Shown: one piece after another, positions 49,461 through 58,295 of the stretch
Numbering within the stretch: position 1 is the stretch's first letter
How the letters are laid out: every line of letters begins with the position of its first letter
IMG/VR virus record: IMGVR_UViG_3300027749_000039
Coordinates: 96,001-160,000 of that record
Length of the DNA stretch: 64,000 nt
Reading direction: 5' to 3' (one strand)
From: a virus
The notes under the pieces: model-generated
What the model saw: the letters and a program-made list of their open reading frames with translations, nothing else
What the model was told of the DNA's origin: nothing
Databases searched by the model: none
Program-made: the position numbers and the translations under genes

Positions 49461-50240
49461 ATGGACGATAACGTCCGCTCCTATGACGAAACAACTCTGT
49501 TTTGTCCTGCAGGAATGTCCCAATACAAATCCTTATTTAAGGATATTAACCACAAGGGAACAATAAGTAATATACAATCTTGCCTTCGTTTAAACGATAT
49601 GGAAGAAATAGGTGATGGGAGCCACCTATTGTATTTTAACATGATTGGATTATTCTCGTTTAGAGAAATGACTATACAAGAAGCTATTGACTTTTGGATG
49701 GAATTTCTCTATAAAATCAATTGTATTCCTGATTACATTACTATTCATCCTGATAAACCTGAATGGCGAGATTTCTATTCTAATTATAATGTTGAAATAC
49801 GTTATGATGAAGGGTGTATATGGAGTGACGGAGGTATCGGTGGCTACTGCACTGAATTTTACAAGGATGATATTGAAATAGGTAATATAGTTAATCCGTT
49901 AGGTACTTGTATTGACGCAGGGTGGGGTTTGGAACGTATAGAAATGGTTTTATATAATGAGAGAAAAACAAAAGAAGAAACCTTAATTAATACAATTATG
50001 AAAATGATTGAAAGCGGATTTACACCTACTTACAATAAACAAGGTTCTCTTTTGCGAAAACTTTTAAGAATTTGTTATTTAGAAAAAATAGAAGTTCCGC
50101 ATCAATTTTACCAAGATGAAATTTTGAGACAACAAAAAATTATAGAAAAATATAATAGAATGAAAGAGAAACCTAAGTTTAAAAATATGTCTAAGGAGTT
50201 TTGGTTTAATACTCTTGGTATTGATATAGATTTAATGTGA
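49461..50240 (+). CDS. alaS: Minimal alanyl-tRNA synthetase (aminoacylation core only)
   Basis: TTLFCPAGMSQYK, IQSCLRLND, FNMIGLFSF, WSDGGIGGYCTEF, EIGNIV and IDAGWGLERI. The frame is open upstream to 49377, so the true start may be earlier. Confidence 0.82.
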   Translation: MDDNVRSYDETTLFCPAGMSQYKSLFKDINHKGTISNIQSCLRLNDMEEIGDGSHLLYFNMIGLFSFREMTIQEAIDFWMEFLYKINCIPDYITIHPDKPEWRDFYSNYNVEIRYDEGCIWSDGGIGGYCTEFYKDDIEIGNIVNPLGTCIDAGWGLERIEMVLYNERKTKEETLINTIMKMIESGFTPTYNKQGSLLRKLLRICYLEKIEVPHQFYQDEILRQQKIIEKYNRMKEKPKFKNMSKEFWFNTLGIDIDLM

Positions 50241-50322
50241 TTTAACTGACTTAGATTTATTATTAGATAGTTCAAACTTACTTCTTTTCTCTTATATAAA
50301 AAAGAAAAGAAAAGAATAAATT

Positions 50323-51051
50323 ATGAAAGAAAAAGAGTTATACAAAACCATTGATATAATTGATGATTCTCGTTTGGAAATAATAATTGAAGTTAAAAAT
50401 GGTATAGAAGGTATGGTGATACATCCTGATTTGGCTATACATAAGTGTATAGAAATGATATCTAAATATGCCATAATCAAAGTTTTGTCCGGAAAAAATG
50501 GAATAAAACTTATAGATGGTGAGGAAAATAGATATCCTGATATACCAATAATTGTGGATTTATTTAATAATAAAATTGCTATTGATGTTAAGTCAAGCAA
50601 TTCCACTAGTGGTAAAGGATTATCAGGTAATGATGCTTTTTCGTTTATTAATTTCGAAACTTCTAGATATAATATATTTGGAGAAGAATTTATTATAGGT
50701 GTTGTTTATGAAGTTATAAATGGTAGATTATATCCACAAGATGTGATTTTTGATAAATTACATTTTTTAGTGGCTAAAAGGAAAAAAGATGGATTTATGT
50801 CTCATGGTGGTGATAAATTTAATTCTAGGATGTTATCTATTAATAGGTATAATAATGGTGATTATGATTATTTAAGTAGAGAAGAATTATTAGAAGGATG
50901 TAAAAAAACTTACAAATTCTTATTAGAAAATCCTAAATTTCGTAATTTAGTTAATGATGTTAAGATTAAAAAACCAAAGAAAAATAGTAATATATATGAT
51001 CCAGTTGGTGATTATACGAAATTGCTATTAGAAAAATTAGAAATGTTATAA
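50323..51051 (+). CDS. PD-(D/E)xK restriction-endonuclease-like protein
   Basis: YPD...AIDVKSS catalytic pattern; upstream hairpin with TATATA loop. Confidence 0.6.
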   Translation: MKEKELYKTIDIIDDSRLEIIIEVKNGIEGMVIHPDLAIHKCIEMISKYAIIKVLSGKNGIKLIDGEENRYPDIPIIVDLFNNKIAIDVKSSNSTSGKGLSGNDAFSFINFETSRYNIFGEEFIIGVVYEVINGRLYPQDVIFDKLHFLVAKRKKDGFMSHGGDKFNSRMLSINRYNNGDYDYLSREELLEGCKKTYKFLLENPKFRNLVNDVKIKKPKKNSNIYDPVGDYTKLLLEKLEML

Positions 51052-51119
51052 TTTAAATTAGAAACGGAATAGTTATCCGTTTCTTTTTTTTTTATATATA
51101 ATAAAAAATATATATTTTA

Positions 51120-51560
51120 ATGAAATTTGTGAAAACATTTGAAACCTTTAATTATACTCCAAATAATTATGAATATGATTATACCGAAGCTAATGAAGAT
51201 GATATAGAAATTGCGGAACGTGAAGGATATTTAAAATCAATGAGTAATGATTTATTTAAAAGATTAGTAAATGTAGTTTCTTCTAATTCTGGTGATACTG
51301 AAACTAATAATTATAAATTGGAACATGACGGGTATTATTCATATTTTAATTATAATTTTAGAAAAGATGATATAACTGGTCAAGGTAAAATAAATGATTG
51401 GTATTTTTCAATCTATCTTATAATGGATGATTCATTTATTTTATCTTATAAAGACGAAGAAACCGATGAAATTAAATGTTTTCACTGCTCTAATTATTTA
51501 AGCTTAATTAAGTGTATGAAGGATAAACAAGATGAAACAAGAGGTATTTATATTAAATAA
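51120..51560 (+). CDS. Protein with MKFVKTFETF N-terminal motif
   Basis: ORF track. Confidence 0.65.
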   Translation: MKFVKTFETFNYTPNNYEYDYTEANEDDIEIAEREGYLKSMSNDLFKRLVNVVSSNSGDTETNNYKLEHDGYYSYFNYNFRKDDITGQGKINDWYFSIYLIMDDSFILSYKDEETDEIKCFHCSNYLSLIKCMKDKQDETRGIYIK

Positions 51561-51589
51561 TTAATATATAATAAAAAATATAATATATT

Positions 51590-51973
51590 ATGAAAAATAT
51601 AAAAAACTTTGGTGATTTTGTAAATGAATCTTATTCTATTTTAGAAGGAAAAGACCATAAATTTGCGGATGAAGCATTTAGTAGAAAAATTACTGATAAA
51701 TTTTTATCTGATTCTTATGATGTAAGTGATGAATTTTATAATAAAATTATAACATTAGCACATGCTTATTTTAAGAAAAATAGCGATGGAGATGTTGATA
51801 AATTTATATCTTCGGAAAAAGATAAATTAGATAAATTAATAGCAGGTGAAAAAAAGAAAGGTGAAAAACAAAAAAATAAAGAATTAAAATCATCTAAAAA
51901 GAAGGATTATGAAAATGAAGAAATAACTGATGATGATATGAAAGATTTAGAAGATGACGAAGAAGAAGATTAA
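51590..51973 (+). CDS. Charged protein with MKNIKNFGDFVNES N-terminal motif
   Basis: ORF track; terminator AAAAAGCGGATAAAATTATCCGCTTTTTT follows. Confidence 0.65.
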   Translation: MKNIKNFGDFVNESYSILEGKDHKFADEAFSRKITDKFLSDSYDVSDEFYNKIITLAHAYFKKNSDGDVDKFISSEKDKLDKLIAGEKKKGEKQKNKELKSSKKKDYENEEITDDDMKDLEDDEEED

Positions 51974-52038
51974 TAAAAAGCGGATAAAATTATCCGCTTT
52001 TTTTATTAAACTTTTTATTTTTTATTCATAAATAACTT

Positions 52039-52191
52039 ATGACTAAAACAATAAGATTAGATTACGATGATAATCCAAATGATGTAGCTGACAAATTTGC
52101 TTATATATTAGAAAAATTTGGCATCTCGGTTGAATATATTGATAATGATGGTTATCAAGATTATGTAGAATTAGAAATAAAAAAAATATAA
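52039..52191 (+). CDS. Small acidic protein (50 aa), not in track
   Basis: Hand-read MTKTIRLDYDDNPND... Confidence 0.55.
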   Translation: MTKTIRLDYDDNPNDVADKFAYILEKFGISVEYIDNDGYQDYVELEIKKI

Positions 52192-52194
52192 AAT

Positions 52195-52428
52195 ATGGGC
52201 TGGAAATCAACAATAGCGGTATCAAGACAACACGCACTTCACTTAATTTATGAACGAGCGGTTAGAGCTTCTAATCAAGAATTAGAAGAATTATTAGAAT
52301 CAGTAGGGTATGGTGACGATACTAGTTTATCTTTATACGGTCATAATTTTACCGTTTTGGATTCAAATGATGAAGTAGAAGAGTATAATAAATCGGATTA
52401 CGAAGAAGAAGATGAAGAAGATTGTTAA
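52195..52428 (+). CDS. Hypothetical protein
   Basis: ORF track. Confidence 0.65.
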   Translation: MGWKSTIAVSRQHALHLIYERAVRASNQELEELLESVGYGDDTSLSLYGHNFTVLDSNDEVEEYNKSDYEEEDEEDC

Positions 52429-52678
52429 GTTAATTAATTTACACCGTAGGTTAATTAACATTTATAAGTATGATAAATCAGTTGCCATACTTAATACCAT
52501 AATTAGATTAGAAGATAAATTATCTTTACCTTTATTAATAATTTTAGTTTTATTAAATGGAACCGAAAATCGTTATTGGTTAATAGATATGCAGAAAAAC
52601 ATAAGTGTGAGCAACCTGAAAGATTCTAAAAAGAATATAAAATTATTCACTTATGACATAGTGGCTGACCCAGGATGA
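52412..52678 (+). CDS. Hypothetical protein
   Basis: ORF track. Confidence 0.5.
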   Translation: MKKIVKLINLHRRLINIYKYDKSVAILNTIIRLEDKLSLPLLIILVLLNGTENRYWLIDMQKNISVSNLKDSKKNIKLFTYDIVADPG

Positions 52679-52833
52679 AAGTTAAAGATTTAATAGCTAT
52701 GCTTCAAAAACTTAATCCAGAAGCGGAAATTATACTTGAGCCAACTGATGGTATGAAACTAAAACAACAATTTAATTATTATGATGAGGGTTGGAAAGAA
52801 GAAGATATAACAGAAAATGGTGATATAATCTAA
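52675..52833 (+). CDS. Small protein MKVKDLIAMLQKLNPEAE (52 aa), not in track
   Basis: Hand-read; common phage MKVKDLI..L..L.P type. Confidence 0.55.
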   Translation: MKVKDLIAMLQKLNPEAEIILEPTDGMKLKQQFNYYDEGWKEEDITENGDII

Positions 52834-52862
52834 ACTTTAAAAAAAATATTACTATATAAATT

Positions 52863-53171
52863 ATGAATTTATATGAAGCACAAAAGTTTTTTTGGAATGA
52901 ATTGAAAGATGTTATTAAAAATAATAATATGGAATCTATATATGTAAATGTGTATATAGGAACAGCAATACAAGATTGTTATGATTATGTATGGGAAAAA
53001 AGAACAGAGACAATAAGATTGTCCGACGGACCATTTTTAGACGGCACTTTTGATGGTGCAAAAGTTTTTATTGATGCGAATAAAAAATATAGCGATCAAA
53101 AATTATATGATAAAGAAGGTAATATAATTCATGATTTCAGTATAAATTTTGGTCATTTATGTTTAATATGA
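52863..53171 (+). CDS. Hypothetical protein
   Basis: ORF track. Confidence 0.6.
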   Translation: MNLYEAQKFFWNELKDVIKNNNMESIYVNVYIGTAIQDCYDYVWEKRTETIRLSDGPFLDGTFDGAKVFIDANKKYSDQKLYDKEGNIIHDFSINFGHLCLI

Positions 53172-53416
53172 GATGGCAAGAAATAGAAAATGATTTTGAT
53201 AGGTTTGATTTAGATAGATCTTTCATTAGCAAAAATCTTTTATCAAGAGAAAAAGTAAGAATAGTCAAATATCCACATTTGGATATTCCAATAGTATATT
53301 ACATAAAGATGTATAAAATATTTTCTTTTAAAAGTGATTTTAAACCAAAATATCCTATATTAAGTAGATTTTTTACACTACTTGGTATTAGAGATATAAA
53401 TTATAATGAAAAATGA
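53159..53416 (+). CDS. Hypothetical protein
   Basis: ORF track. Confidence 0.5.
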   Translation: MFNMRWQEIENDFDRFDLDRSFISKNLLSREKVRIVKYPHLDIPIVYYIKMYKIFSFKSDFKPKYPILSRFFTLLGIRDINYNEK

Positions 53417-53460
53417 ATATAGAATTTTTTGAGAAAAAATTTAATATAAAATTATAGTTA

Positions 53461-53534
53461 GCAAGATTCGCCTAGTTGGTATGGCATCACACTTCCAATG
53501 TGAAATAGGGCCGGTTCGAGACCGGCATCTTGCT
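53461..53534 (+). tRNA. tRNA-Gly(TCC), solitary
   Basis: TCACA-CTTCCAA-TGTGA; U73. Confidence 0.88.
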
Positions 53535-53608
53535 CAACACATATAATACGAAAATCTATTTGTTAATTCAAATAGATTTTCGTATTTTTGCTTATTAAAA
53601 GAAATTCT

Positions 53609-54682
53609 ATGAAATTTAACACATTTCCCGAAAATATAAATCCTTTCCAGAAAAAAGGTATAGTAAAGTTTGGTATCGATCCAACTGGCTCTGAGATGCA
53701 TTTAGGACACCTCTTACCTTTGAGAATTGTGAAAAAATTCAAAGCCGAAGGTTTCCCTATACATATTATACTAGGCACATTTACAGCTCAAATTGGAGAC
53801 GCTACTGGTAGAGATGCTACCCGTCCAATCTTAACAGAGCTAGAAACTATTGAAAATGGTGAAAAATTACTTCAACAAGTAAAAAGAATACTTGGTGATG
53901 ATATAATAATTCACAAAAATACAACTTGGCATAATGCAATGCAACTACCAGAGTTTATGAAGGTTATATCTAATTTTTCAGTTCAAAAGCTATTAAATAG
54001 AGATAATTTTGCTAAACGTATGGAAGCTCATGTGCCTATCGCTATGCACGAGTTGATGGGTCCAATACTACAAGGTATAGATTCATTTCAGTTAAATACT
54101 ACCGTAGAAGTTGGTGGTTCTGATCAATTATTTAATTTTGTAATTACAAGAGAAGTACAAGAATTATTGGGACAAACACCAGAAGTTTGTGTGCTATCTC
54201 CTGTTATTAACGGATTAGATGGACGTAAAATGTCTAAATCATTTGGTAATTGTATTTTTATTAATGATACCCCAGAAGATGTATTTGGTAAAGTTATGTC
54301 TATTTCAGATGAAACTATGAGAGAGTGGCTTCCTATATTTTTTGACGAAATAGATGCTACAAAACATCCAATGGTTCAAAAGAAAGAATTAGCATTTCGA
54401 ATAACACAGGAAATATGGAGTTTAGAAGCGGCGGAAACGGGTAAAGCACACTTCCAATCTGTTATACAAAGTAGGGAACTACCTGAAAATATGCCTGAAT
54501 TTGAAATAGGTAATTTAACTGAAATAGTTAGTAAAATTATTAATGGTTCTAAAACAGAAGCAAGAAGATTATTAACTTCAAATGCTGTTAAAATTAATGG
54601 TGAAAAAGTAGCAGAAGGGTTTGAAGTAAAGTCTGGTGATATAGTTAAAGTAGGTAAAAGAAATTTCGCAAAAATTATATGA
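53609..54682 (+). CDS. tyrS: Tyrosyl-tRNA synthetase (bacterial type, C-terminal S4 domain)
   Basis: GIDPT..MHLGH, IGD, QGIDS, GGSDQLFN and KMSKS; start ATG 53609 follows the promoter at 53583-53590. Confidence 0.92.
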   Translation: MKFNTFPENINPFQKKGIVKFGIDPTGSEMHLGHLLPLRIVKKFKAEGFPIHIILGTFTAQIGDATGRDATRPILTELETIENGEKLLQQVKRILGDDIIIHKNTTWHNAMQLPEFMKVISNFSVQKLLNRDNFAKRMEAHVPIAMHELMGPILQGIDSFQLNTTVEVGGSDQLFNFVITREVQELLGQTPEVCVLSPVINGLDGRKMSKSFGNCIFINDTPEDVFGKVMSISDETMREWLPIFFDEIDATKHPMVQKKELAFRITQEIWSLEAAETGKAHFQSVIQSRELPENMPEFEIGNLTEIVSKIINGSKTEARRLLTSNAVKINGEKVAEGFEVKSGDIVKVGKRNFAKII

Positions 54683-54942
54683 TGTTAATAAATATAGGAA
54701 TTGAAAAAATTGGCACTTTTGAAGTAAAATACTCTTTATACCAAAAAAATTTTGAAGGACATAAACTTTATGACGTTATTGTAGACGATATTTTAGTTGG
54801 TGATATAAGTGTTAAAGATGATTTAAATAATTGTTTTAATACCTATAAATCTTCTTTTTGTCGCACATTGCAATATGCAATACAAAAGAAGGAAAATATA
54901 TATTTAAATATAACAGGTGGATTAAATGGATATTATGAATAA
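54679..54942 (+). CDS. Hypothetical protein
   Basis: ORF track. Confidence 0.55.
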   Translation: MMLINIGIEKIGTFEVKYSLYQKNFEGHKLYDVIVDDILVGDISVKDDLNNCFNTYKSSFCRTLQYAIQKKENIYLNITGGLNGYYE

Positions 54943-54948
54943 GAAAAT

Positions 54949-55728
54949 ATGAATTTAACAGACTTAATTAAGCAACGAAAAAAGAAGGAAACTCTAAAAG
55001 ATAAATTAGGGCATTGGTGGAGTTATACCAAAACATATAAGATAGAAATACCTTATTATGAGTTTAAGAAAGGTATTTTTAATGTGATTAAATGGGCTAA
55101 AGTTATTTGGAAAGATACTGATTATGGTTATCACGATATAATGAAAATATGGCAATTTAAGCTTGATAAAATAGCTGATAATTTTGATAAAAAATACCAA
55201 AAAGCTAATAAAAATGGTAATTGCTATTATAATGATTTACCAGAACAAGTTAAATATATGCGTATAGCAAGCCGTTTAATTGATAGATTATATGGAGAAG
55301 GTGAATTTTATGACAATACATATGAAGAAGAGTGGCGTAAATATCATAAGAAAGAATATGTATGGAAACCAAGTGAAAAAGATTTAGAAGAAGTTAGAAA
55401 AATAGCTATTGCTATAAATCGTGAGCGAAGGATTGATTCTATATTAGGAGATACTGATATAGAAGAAATAGATTTAGACGATGATGTAGAATTAGATTTT
55501 CTTGATATAGAGGCAAATAAACCTTATCATTTAGAGGCAAAAATTATTAATGAAAATTTTGACGAGTATTTTATTAAAAATAAATTATCTTTGAAAAAAG
55601 CAATTAAAAAAACTGGCTCAACTGATAAAGAATTATTAGCACAAGCTATTAGCGAAATGAAACATAAAAAGGCTAAAAAGTTATTTTTTAAAATAATAAA
55701 AGACAAGTTAGAGACTTGGATTGACTAA
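54949..55728 (+). CDS. Hypothetical protein with internal RERRIDSIL motif
   Basis: ORF track. Confidence 0.7.
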   Translation: MNLTDLIKQRKKKETLKDKLGHWWSYTKTYKIEIPYYEFKKGIFNVIKWAKVIWKDTDYGYHDIMKIWQFKLDKIADNFDKKYQKANKNGNCYYNDLPEQVKYMRIASRLIDRLYGEGEFYDNTYEEEWRKYHKKEYVWKPSEKDLEEVRKIAIAINRERRIDSILGDTDIEEIDLDDDVELDFLDIEANKPYHLEAKIINENFDEYFIKNKLSLKKAIKKTGSTDKELLAQAISEMKHKKAKKLFFKIIKDKLETWID

Positions 55729-55729
55729 T

Positions 55730-55849
55730 ATGGCACGAACATCTAAAAAAATTGCCTCAAAGGCATCAAAATTACTAAAAGAATCTACTAGTAAAATAAT
55801 AAAGGCTGTTGCCGCATCAGCTTTAAGACAAAGAAAAAAAGGTAAATAA
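55730..55849 (+). CDS. Small basic protein MARTSKKIASKASKLL (39 aa), not in track
   Basis: Hand-read; fills the gap between neighbours. Confidence 0.55.
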   Translation: MARTSKKIASKASKLLKESTSKIIKAVAASALRQRKKGK

Positions 55850-56109
55850 TGAAAGCAGTAAAATTAATAAAATTACTACAAGAACAAATAGATAAACACG
55901 GTGAAGATATTGAAGTTTTCATCGAAGCACCAGGTTTTAATAGTGAAGAAACTTTTTCGACAGAAGATTATATCAATGACGAGATTTCCATCGATGAAGA
56001 TTTAGATACTTATCCAAAACATCTAATCATGGAAAAACATGGTGATAATAGAGGCATTATTTATGGTGTAGAAATAATTGGTAGTTCTTCTGTTAATTTT
56101 AGCGGATAA
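55849..56109 (+). CDS. Hypothetical acidic protein
   Basis: ORF track. Confidence 0.6.
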   Translation: MKAVKLIKLLQEQIDKHGEDIEVFIEAPGFNSEETFSTEDYINDEISIDEDLDTYPKHLIMEKHGDNRGIIYGVEIIGSSSVNFSG

Positions 56110-56119
56110 AAATAGATAG

Positions 56120-56314
56120 ATGAAAATTAGAAAAAATTATATACTTTTTATGAATCCTATGCTAAAAACTGCTTATTATGGTGGGTATAAATTTAGTAAA
56201 AGGATTTCAAAAGCAACATTAGGGCATATTTATGATTGCTCTTTTAGTGAATTAAAACATAATATTAAAATCCTTGAAAATAGAGGATATACAATATCAA
56301 AAAGAAATTATTAA
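56120..56314 (+). CDS. Hypothetical protein
   Basis: ORF track. Confidence 0.55.
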   Translation: MKIRKNYILFMNPMLKTAYYGGYKFSKRISKATLGHIYDCSFSELKHNIKILENRGYTISKRNY

Positions 56315-56316
56315 AT

Positions 56317-56613
56317 ATGAGTATAAATGTAAATATAGATATAGATGATATTTTATATTCTATGGGTAGGCGTGATATGGAAAGATTGCTATCCGAATTA
56401 TTAGAAGATATGGATTCCTCTTCCATAAGAGCAGCAATAGACCGTATGAAAGATGAGAATAAAAAACTTATTTGTGTTGGTTTAGTTAATACAAAAAATA
56501 CAACTTTTTTGGAGGAAGATTTTAATGATAGTTTAGCAAAATTATCGGCAAATTACATCTCTCTTAAAAAAGAGGATCAAGAAATAATTGAAGCAATAGC
56601 AGAAAAATACTAA
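56317..56613 (+). CDS. Hypothetical protein
   Basis: ORF track. Confidence 0.65.
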   Translation: MSINVNIDIDDILYSMGRRDMERLLSELLEDMDSSSIRAAIDRMKDENKKLICVGLVNTKNTTFLEEDFNDSLAKLSANYISLKKEDQEIIEAIAEKY

Positions 56614-57201
56614 ATGACAACATTAAAAGAAATAAAAATACATATGATTAATTATCTATCCGAATTTGGATTAGATGATGATGACTATTATGATGAAGAT
56701 GGACATTGTGGTGGACAGCTTTTAGTAGAAATAAAAAGTTTTTGGAAACATTTTTCCACTGATACAGATAAAGATTTTATCTATGTTGTTAGTGGTAAGT
56801 ATATGAGTGATGATATAGATTTAGATGGTGCTCGTGATTATTTTTTTAGTAGTTCAGGAGTTATTCCTATGTTATTTGATTATCTTACTAATACACTCAA
56901 ATACTCTTTAGAGGAATATAGAAGTTGTATATGGAATAGTGTTGGATTAACAGATGACATATGGTCAATGTATGATGAACTTGAAGCTAAAGATGAACCA
57001 AATGTAGAAGATAATACTACTATTAACACTGAAAGTTTTTCTATACTTAAATATCCTAAACATATGAAAGCAGAATTAGACGCTAATCCTCTGTTAAAAT
57101 TTGTGGGGTTATCTAAAGTAGATGGTGAAAGTCCTATTTATTCAATTAATATACCACAAGGTTATACAATTGTTCCAGAATTTAAAGAAGCATTAAAATG
57201 A
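56614..57201 (+). CDS. Hypothetical acidic protein
   Basis: ORF track. Confidence 0.65.
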   Translation: MTTLKEIKIHMINYLSEFGLDDDDYYDEDGHCGGQLLVEIKSFWKHFSTDTDKDFIYVVSGKYMSDDIDLDGARDYFFSSSGVIPMLFDYLTNTLKYSLEEYRSCIWNSVGLTDDIWSMYDELEAKDEPNVEDNTTINTESFSILKYPKHMKAELDANPLLKFVGLSKVDGESPIYSINIPQGYTIVPEFKEALK

Positions 57202-57593
57202 TAGTAAAAAGTAAAATAGAAAAAAAATATACCAATCCTGATTGGAGTCATTTTCCAGAATATAGAATAGATTTTATTTATTCTTCAAATACATATTCTG
57301 GATATTTAGAAGGTATGCCGTCTATTGAAAATAGACACAATGAAAGGGTCACAGATAGGATGATTAAACAAGCCAAATTATTATATCCACACTTAGAACC
57401 TTTTGTTTATACAGGTAATTTAGATATAACTAAAGTTTATCCATATAGATGTAATATAGCATGGATTAATAATCTGGAAAATCATATGTTAGTTATATGG
57501 TTTGATGAAGGTAAAACGGATATTATAGCAAGTTTAGAAACTATAATTGATGATATAAATTTTGATAAAAATTCCGAAGATTTTGGATTTTAA
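57198..57593 (+). CDS. Hypothetical protein
   Basis: ORF track. Confidence 0.65.
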   Translation: MIVKSKIEKKYTNPDWSHFPEYRIDFIYSSNTYSGYLEGMPSIENRHNERVTDRMIKQAKLLYPHLEPFVYTGNLDITKVYPYRCNIAWINNLENHMLVIWFDEGKTDIIASLETIIDDINFDKNSEDFGF

Positions 57594-57602
57594 AAATATA
57601 AA

Positions 57603-58082
57603 ATGATAGTAAGAGTATTAAGTAAAGGACATTTTGATACGCTTCTTCCTAGAATGCGTATAGACAATTCCAATGTTGAAGAACATGTGGATAAAGCTTT
57701 TATTTCTATTACTGATGGTGATAGAGAAGATGCTCATTACTTTGATAAGGATTATTCAAATGTTCTTAACTTAGAATTTGATGATGCTACTGACGAAGAA
57801 AATGAACGTAGACGAAAATTTGGACAAATAGAATATATTCTATTCACAAAAGAACAAGGTGAAAAAATACTCGAATTTATTGAACAAAATAAACATGTTG
57901 AAACTTTTTATGTTCATTGTTTAGCAGGCGTTTCTAGAAGCGGAGCTGTAGGTCTCTTTATAAATGATCTACATGGTGAAGAATCTTATTTTGAATTTGC
58001 TAATAGCAATCCAATAATAAAGCCAAATTATTTTATTTTGGCTATGTTGAGAAGATTACAAAATGGTTTAATAGAAGAATAA
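57603..58082 (+). CDS. CX5R (dual-specificity / tyrosine-phosphatase-like) phosphatase
   Basis: VHCLAGVSRSGAVG; LNLEFDD acid loop; PN motif. Confidence 0.85.
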   Translation: MIVRVLSKGHFDTLLPRMRIDNSNVEEHVDKAFISITDGDREDAHYFDKDYSNVLNLEFDDATDEENERRRKFGQIEYILFTKEQGEKILEFIEQNKHVETFYVHCLAGVSRSGAVGLFINDLHGEESYFEFANSNPIIKPNYFILAMLRRLQNGLIEE

Positions 58083-58109
58083 ATTAAAATTATCTATAAT
58101 ATATAGATA

Positions 58110-58295
58110 ATGGAAAATATATTTAACTTTGAAGAATTTTTAACAGAAGCTTATAATAAGCCAAGAGGTAAGATGAAATCTCGCTGGTCTGTTAAGTATA
58201 AAAAATCTATTAACTGCTCGAATCCCAAAGGTTTTTCTCAAAAGAATTATTGTAAGAGGAAAAAAAGAGGTGGGAAATATAAAACTAAAAGTTAA
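58110..58295 (+). CDS. Small basic protein with FNFEEFLTEA head and INCSNPKGFSQKNYC motif
   Basis: ORF track; AATATATA at 58098-58105. Confidence 0.65.
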   Translation: MENIFNFEEFLTEAYNKPRGKMKSRWSVKYKKSINCSNPKGFSQKNYCKRKKRGGKYKTKS

